Shown here: one piece after another, positions 58,889 to 64,000 of the stretch | Layout: each line of letters opens with the position of its first letter | Numbering within the stretch: the stretch's first letter is position 1 | Assembly (NCBI GenBank): GCA_951813565.1 | Contig: OX638351.1 | Span: forward strand, 3,648,001-3,712,000 | Direction of reading: 5' to 3' | Length of the DNA stretch: 64,000 bases | DNA from: an uncultured Poribacteria bacterium | Lineage (GTDB): Bacteria > Poribacteria > WGA-4E > WGA-3G | The notes under the pieces: model-generated | Seen by the model: only the letters and a program-made list of their open reading frames with translations | What the model was told of the DNA's origin: nothing | Databases searched by the model: none | Position numbers and translations under genes: made by a program

Positions 58889-60526
58889 TCAAATTGGGCA
58901 GGTCAACTGACCAAGTTCATTCGTTAACCGAAGGTTTTCAGCATAATTTACCGGACAATCAATAACCGAAGGCACATTTTGACTGAATGCATCTTTTAAT
59001 ATTGGAACAAGCTCGTCGCTGCCTTCAACTCGATAACCTTTAGCTCCAAAAGCATCTGCGTACTTGACAAAATCAGGATTTGTGAAATCAATGTATGCTG
59101 GCCTACCAAAACCGTTCATCTGTTTCCATTCAATCAGTCCATAAGCTTCATCGTTGAAGATGAGTGTAACAAACGGCACACCTGTTCGTGTAGCCGTTTC
59201 AAGTTCCTGAGAGTTCATCAAGAATCCACCATCACCGCACACGGCGAGACATTTCCGCTCCGGATAGATGAGTTTTGCTACGAAAGCACCCGGAACAGCG
59301 ATGCCCATAGACGCAAACCCATTTGAAATAATGCATGTATTCGGTTGAGAACACGGATACATACGGGCAATCCACATTTTATGTGCACCAACATCGGAGA
59401 TGAGTATATCGTCTTCTGCGAGTACGGAACGGATATCGCTTAAGATTTTTTGCGGTTTCATCGGGAACTCTTTATCATCGCGATGCTCAGTAAGTTGATC
59501 GAGAATTATTTTCCGCAAGGTGTTTGAAGCATACTCAGAATCTTTTGGATAAATTTCTTGTGCCATTAAATGCCTGATACTCTGTCTAATATTCCCCACC
59601 ATTTCCACATCAGTAACATAAGATGCATCGCTTTCGCTCGGTTCTGTATCAATATGGATCAGTTTTTTGTCGTGATTAGGATTCCATAAGCGCGGATGGT
59701 ATTCCACAATATCGTACCCGATAGCGATGACGAGGTCTGCCCGGTCGAACCCGCATGAGACAAAATCGTTTGCTTGAAGTCCAACGCTGAGGAGGGAGAG
59801 TCGGTGCGTCCACGGAATGCTGCCTTTGCCCATAAAAGTGTGCGCGACAGGGATATTTGTCATCTCGGCAAATTGCGTTAGAATTCGAGAAGCATTTTGG
59901 CGAACAACGCCATTCCCTGCAAGGATAATCGGTTGTTTTGCATCATTGATCAGTTGTGCTGCCCGTTGGAGACAGGACACCACAGGCTCTGCTTCACTGG
60001 GGAAATCATGCCGCATAGGTTCGGCTTCTATTTGCATCTTTGCCACGTCTTCTGGCAAGTCAATGTGTGTTGCGCCAGGTTTTTCACCTACTGCAGTTTT
60101 GAAGGCTTTGCTGATTGATTCAGGAATAATTTCAGGTAGATGAACAAGCGTATTCCATTTTGTCATCGGTTTGAAGACTGAAACCACGTCCATGTATTGA
60201 TGCGATTCTTTGTGCATTCTGTCTAAACTCGCTTGCCCTGTGATAGCAACGAGAGGTGCTCTATCCATATTCGCATCAGCAACACCAGTTACAAGGTTCA
60301 TTGCACCGGGGCCAAGTGTAGCAAGACATACTCCTGCCCTACCAGTTAGACGACCGTAGACATCTGCCATGAATGCGGCACCGCGTTCATCGCGTGTTTG
60401 AATGAATTGGATCTTGGATTCTAACAGAGCATCCATCAAATCCATATTCTCTTCACCCGGTATTCCAAAAATATATTCAACGTCCTCATTCTCCAAACAT
60501 TTCACAATCAGTTCTGATGCTTTCAT
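58889..60526 (-). CDS. ilvB: Acetolactate synthase large subunit (ThDP-dependent)
   Basis: IFGIPGEE, RDERGAAFMA, TLGPGA and GDGGFLMNSQELET motifs. Confidence 0.88.
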   Translation of the reverse strand: MKASELIVKCLENEDVEYIFGIPGEENMDLMDALLESKIQFIQTRDERGAAFMADVYGRLTGRAGVCLATLGPGAMNLVTGVADANMDRAPLVAITGQASLDRMHKESHQYMDVVSVFKPMTKWNTLVHLPEIIPESISKAFKTAVGEKPGATHIDLPEDVAKMQIEAEPMRHDFPSEAEPVVSCLQRAAQLINDAKQPIILAGNGVVRQNASRILTQFAEMTNIPVAHTFMGKGSIPWTHRLSLLSVGLQANDFVSCGFDRADLVIAIGYDIVEYHPRLWNPNHDKKLIHIDTEPSESDASYVTDVEMVGNIRQSIRHLMAQEIYPKDSEYASNTLRKIILDQLTEHRDDKEFPMKPQKILSDIRSVLAEDDILISDVGAHKMWIARMYPCSQPNTCIISNGFASMGIAVPGAFVAKLIYPERKCLAVCGDGGFLMNSQELETATRTGVPFVTLIFNDEAYGLIEWKQMNGFGRPAYIDFTNPDFVKYADAFGAKGYRVEGSDELVPILKDAFSQNVPSVIDCPVNYAENLRLTNELGQLTCPI

Positions 60527-60729
60527 GGTATTACTCCTGAGCACAGCGATAAAAGTTGTTTTTCCTACGCGGATTCAATACAATTAACTATAACAGATTA
60601 AATTTGAAATTGCAATTTTATTGGTTCGTAATAACGCATTCATCACCATTTAAGATTACATTTTACTTTTCTGAAGAAAAAACAGTAGGTTCACAACAAA
60701 AAGGATTAAACGGAAGGTTTTGCTAATCT

Positions 60730-63700
60730 ATGAGGAATTATTCTATTTATTTTTATTTTATTATACTTCTAATATGTTTGCTGAGTAGTATCACGACCAA
60801 GGCTTCAGAACAAATTATCGGTTCATCTCAAACCGATTCAGATTCACATAATCTCTATGAGATAACCCACACACCAAGAGAACTCGTTGTCCGTTTACAT
60901 TCCACTACCTCTTTTGTGCAGTTCAGGGCATTCAGCAAAAAATTAGGTGCAGCATCCGTTTCCCCTGTTTTTCCTCCAACTACTCCTGCGGGGCGACATC
61001 CGTTGCTCAATCGTATTTATCTCGTCCGATTTCCTACCATTTCGCAGTTAGAACAGTTGAAGCAAAAGTATGCGGAACATGCATTAGTTGAAGACGTTGA
61101 AATGAACAGACTCAACCGGTTCTGTGCAGAGACGATCCCTAACGACCCACGATATAATGAACAGTGGAATCTGAAGGCGATGAATTTGCCAAAAGCATGG
61201 CGCATTGAACAGGGAAAACCAAATGTGGTTGTAGCAGTTGTGGATAGCGGTATAAAGAAAGAACATCCTGAGTTTCGTAATCAGCTTTGGCGGAACCATG
61301 GCGAAATTGCTGATAATGGCATTGATGACGATGGAAACGGCTACATTGACGATATTAACGGGTGGGATTTTAGCGATGCACCCACACTCCCAGGACACGG
61401 TGATTGGAAAGAGCGCGATAACGAACCCGATGATGAGACGGGGCACGGCACACATGTTTCTGGAATTATCGCTGCGGAGACAAATAACGGTCTCGGAATT
61501 GCTGGGATCGCTTGGCAGTGTCGTCTGATGCCGCTACGAGCGGGATTTCGGATTGGTGCAGGCGCGTTCCTACAAAATGATGATGTCGCTGCAGCTATTG
61601 TTTATGCCGCTGATAACGGTGCTGATGTTATCAATCTGAGTTTAGGGGATACTGTGAACGCATTTTTAATTCAAGATGCAGTTGATTACGCCTACAATCG
61701 CGGGTGTATCCTTGTTGGTGCTGCCGGAAATTCGCCGGAGCCAGGAGCGTATTATCCTGCTGCGTTGAACACCGTCCTATCTGTTGCTTCGCTGGATAGA
61801 AATCTCCAATTGGGAAACTCCAATTTCGGTGCATCAATAGATATCGCTGCACCAGGTGAAGAAATTTTGAGCACGGATCTCAATACTGGTCAATCTTCTC
61901 CTGGATACGGATATAATTACCGATCTGGCACTTCAATGGCTGCAGCGCATATCTCTGGTGTCGTGGCGTTGTTGGTTTCTGCGAATCCATCGTGCAGCCA
62001 TACAGAAATTCAGCAATGGTTGACGGGTACGGCGAGAGAACTGTCCATAACACATCTCGTGGGAGCAGGACTTGTTGATGCCTACGCTGCATTGACAGAA
62101 CATATCGGACTCACCGCGCATATTACTATTACACCGCCCTCGCAAACTGAAGTATCAGGGAATAACAGCACGATTGAGATTTTTGGGAGTGCTGGAGGCT
62201 CTGGATTTACACAATATTGGCTTGAATACGGTGTTACCGAAACACCTGACCTCTGGTTTCGTATAGGGTTTCCGCAAACCGAACCGAAGTATAACACCGT
62301 TCTTCACGAGTGGGATACCTCAGCGTTGGAGGAAGGCACTTACACATTACGTCTTAGCGTTAAGGCTAAAGATGGAAAATCTATCAGAGACAAAATAGTT
62401 GTTGAAATCTATCATACGCTTCCCCGAATTTCCAAACATGAAGCAGGGATATGGCTTTCAGGAAACTATTATGATACGACTATTATTTGGCAGACAGATG
62501 TGCTAACTGCTGGGGCAGTTGAAATCTTTTCAAAAACAGAAAATCACACAATTATATCCAATAATTCACCGCTACGGGTTGCGCGTTCGGATTCGGTGAA
62601 TCTTCAGCATATCGTTTATTTGTCCGAGTTAGGGTTACCGTCAGGTGAATACATGTACCGTCTGAAGACACAAAACCAAACTGGGGTTATACGGATTGAT
62701 GATAATGAGAGGCAATTATATCCGATTACAGTGCGCGACGAACAAATTCAACCATCTCATCTACTTCAAACAACGTCTGCACAGTTCGGTTTGCACGGGA
62801 TTGTAACATCTAAAGATATAAACGGAAATGGGAAGTTAGAACTGATCGCTGTCGAAACAGGCACATCTTCTACCCATGTTTTTGAAACAGATCAAAATGG
62901 AAATCCAGTAATGATTTTTTTATTAAATCAACCAGTATCGCGACTATGGGCAACCGCAGACACAGATGGTGATGGACTCATAGAACTTTTAGCCAACGAA
63001 TCAGAAGATACATTTTTATTAGAACAATCTGCACCAGGGCAATTCCCGAACGTGCGAATCTGGGATGCTGAGGGAATTTGGGGTGGAACGATCGCGGATT
63101 TGGATTTGGACGGTAAACCAGAAATCTTTTCACGTCATGATGCCACAGATTCTATCTGGGTCTACGAATCAGACGCAAATAACAGTCATAACAACATTGC
63201 AATACTTGAAAATCCAACGCAAGGAAAAAACAAGATTCCAACAAGATTCGCCACGGGTGATTTTGATGCGGATGGACAGAGAGAAATTTTAGCGGGAGAT
63301 AATGATGGCTCACTATTTATATATGAAAATGTGGGAAATAACCAATACCAACAAACGTGGATTGGCACACTTCCGGATGTTATACCGCATCTTTTTGCCG
63401 CGGGAGATTTGGACGGTGATGACATCCCAGAATTTGTTGTTGGTGCAAAGGTTTGGACAACAGAATTTGATCTTCCGCGTCAACATTGGCTTTTTACAAT
63501 TTTCACATCAAACGGCAACGATTCCTATGATATAGTATGGCATCAACGAATTCGCGAACTTCAAGATGGTGAAAGTGGAATAACAATTGCGGACGCTAAC
63601 AACGATGGTAGAAATGAATTGTGTATCGCTGTTTCCCCAAACTTTTACCTCGTTCAATATGATGGGATTACTTTCCGTCCTATTTGGCATCATCCCGCAA

Positions 63701-64000
63701 CCAGTACATTCAATCCAATTGTCGCTGATATTGATAACGATAATAACAATGAATTGCTGTTTAATACTGAAGGCGCGTTGAGCATTTTTAAGAATTCTCA
63801 CGGTAATGTCTCACAAAGTGAAAGCGGCGAAGTTTCAAGTCAATCTGATCCAGTATCTGTCATTCCGACTGCACCGCCGCAAATGACTTCAGCTGTCTAT
63901 TCTCCACCACATCAACTCCTATTAACGTTTAACAAACCGATGCATATTACTGTAGCAAGCCCTTCGCGTTACCAGCTGCACAGACAAAAAAAGCAGGACG
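60730..64000 (+). CDS. Large secreted S8 subtilase with C-terminal FG-GAP/VCBS-like repeats (3'-partial, not in the ORF track)
   Basis: ATG 60730 gives MRNYSIYFYFIILLICLLSS. Catalytic motifs VAVVDSG, HGTHVSG and SGTSMAA are followed by DxNGNGK/DxDGDG/GDFDADG repeats. The frame is open to the window end. Confidence 0.9.
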   Translation, partial: MRNYSIYFYFIILLICLLSSITTKASEQIIGSSQTDSDSHNLYEITHTPRELVVRLHSTTSFVQFRAFSKKLGAASVSPVFPPTTPAGRHPLLNRIYLVRFPTISQLEQLKQKYAEHALVEDVEMNRLNRFCAETIPNDPRYNEQWNLKAMNLPKAWRIEQGKPNVVVAVVDSGIKKEHPEFRNQLWRNHGEIADNGIDDDGNGYIDDINGWDFSDAPTLPGHGDWKERDNEPDDETGHGTHVSGIIAAETNNGLGIAGIAWQCRLMPLRAGFRIGAGAFLQNDDVAAAIVYAADNGADVINLSLGDTVNAFLIQDAVDYAYNRGCILVGAAGNSPEPGAYYPAALNTVLSVASLDRNLQLGNSNFGASIDIAAPGEEILSTDLNTGQSSPGYGYNYRSGTSMAAAHISGVVALLVSANPSCSHTEIQQWLTGTARELSITHLVGAGLVDAYAALTEHIGLTAHITITPPSQTEVSGNNSTIEIFGSAGGSGFTQYWLEYGVTETPDLWFRIGFPQTEPKYNTVLHEWDTSALEEGTYTLRLSVKAKDGKSIRDKIVVEIYHTLPRISKHEAGIWLSGNYYDTTIIWQTDVLTAGAVEIFSKTENHTIISNNSPLRVARSDSVNLQHIVYLSELGLPSGEYMYRLKTQNQTGVIRIDDNERQLYPITVRDEQIQPSHLLQTTSAQFGLHGIVTSKDINGNGKLELIAVETGTSSTHVFETDQNGNPVMIFLLNQPVSRLWATADTDGDGLIELLANESEDTFLLEQSAPGQFPNVRIWDAEGIWGGTIADLDLDGKPEIFSRHDATDSIWVYESDANNSHNNIAILENPTQGKNKIPTRFATGDFDADGQREILAGDNDGSLFIYENVGNNQYQQTWIGTLPDVIPHLFAAGDLDGDDIPEFVVGAKVWTTEFDLPRQHWLFTIFTSNGNDSYDIVWHQRIRELQDGESGITIADANNDGRNELCIAVSPNFYLVQYDGITFRPIWHHPATSTFNPIVADIDNDNNNELLFNTEGALSIFKNSHGNVSQSESGEVSSQSDPVSVIPTAPPQMTSAVYSPPHQLLLTFNKPMHITVASPSRYQLHRQKKQD

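Noticed and set aside
57822..58892. Short ORFs in the repeat pile (57958, 58306, 58511, 58519, 58644)
   Set aside because: They are translations of non-coding repeats. The 69-bp period keeps frames open by chance.

Overview
This is a 64 kb, moderately AT-rich window from a diderm bacterium. It is most likely Candidatus Poribacteria, inferred from the C-terminal 'AVDPKAKLTTTWGSIK'-type motif on secreted proteins. The backbone is housekeeping. Envelope genes are lpxL-like, lnt, lolE/lolD, bamA, skp, lpxD, lpxI, wza-like and a MacB-type permease. Translation and chaperone genes are prfB (programmed +1 frameshift), lysS, grpE, dnaJ and prmA. Others include minCDE, ilvE, bioD, larA, mtnA, acetolactate synthase and a large secreted S8 protease that runs off the end. 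No rRNA, tRNA or CRISPR array was recognised. Four features stand out. (1) Archaeal-type ether-lipid genes, DGGGP synthase-like and group II GGGP synthase, lie about 1.4 kb apart and close to lipid A genes. (2) One protein fuses a cold-shock domain to two tandem Hfq/Sm-like domains. (3) The intergenic DNA holds a nested set of small mobile elements: TIR MITEs carrying GTAG-REP hairpins, one MITE family found in REP loops, and ~34-bp hairpin 'micro-elements' without target duplication. The micro-elements insert 5' of CG into REPs and into each other, forming a pile at 57.8-58.8 kb. (4) Unrelated secreted proteins share a candidate C-terminal sorting motif. There is also an IS graveyard at 2.6-4.9 kb (IS701 deletion derivative, TnpB tail, intact ISL2-like IS5 element) and a stop-interrupted Schlafen/AlbA_2 gene pair. 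All calls come from motif recognition by eye; no database searches were run.
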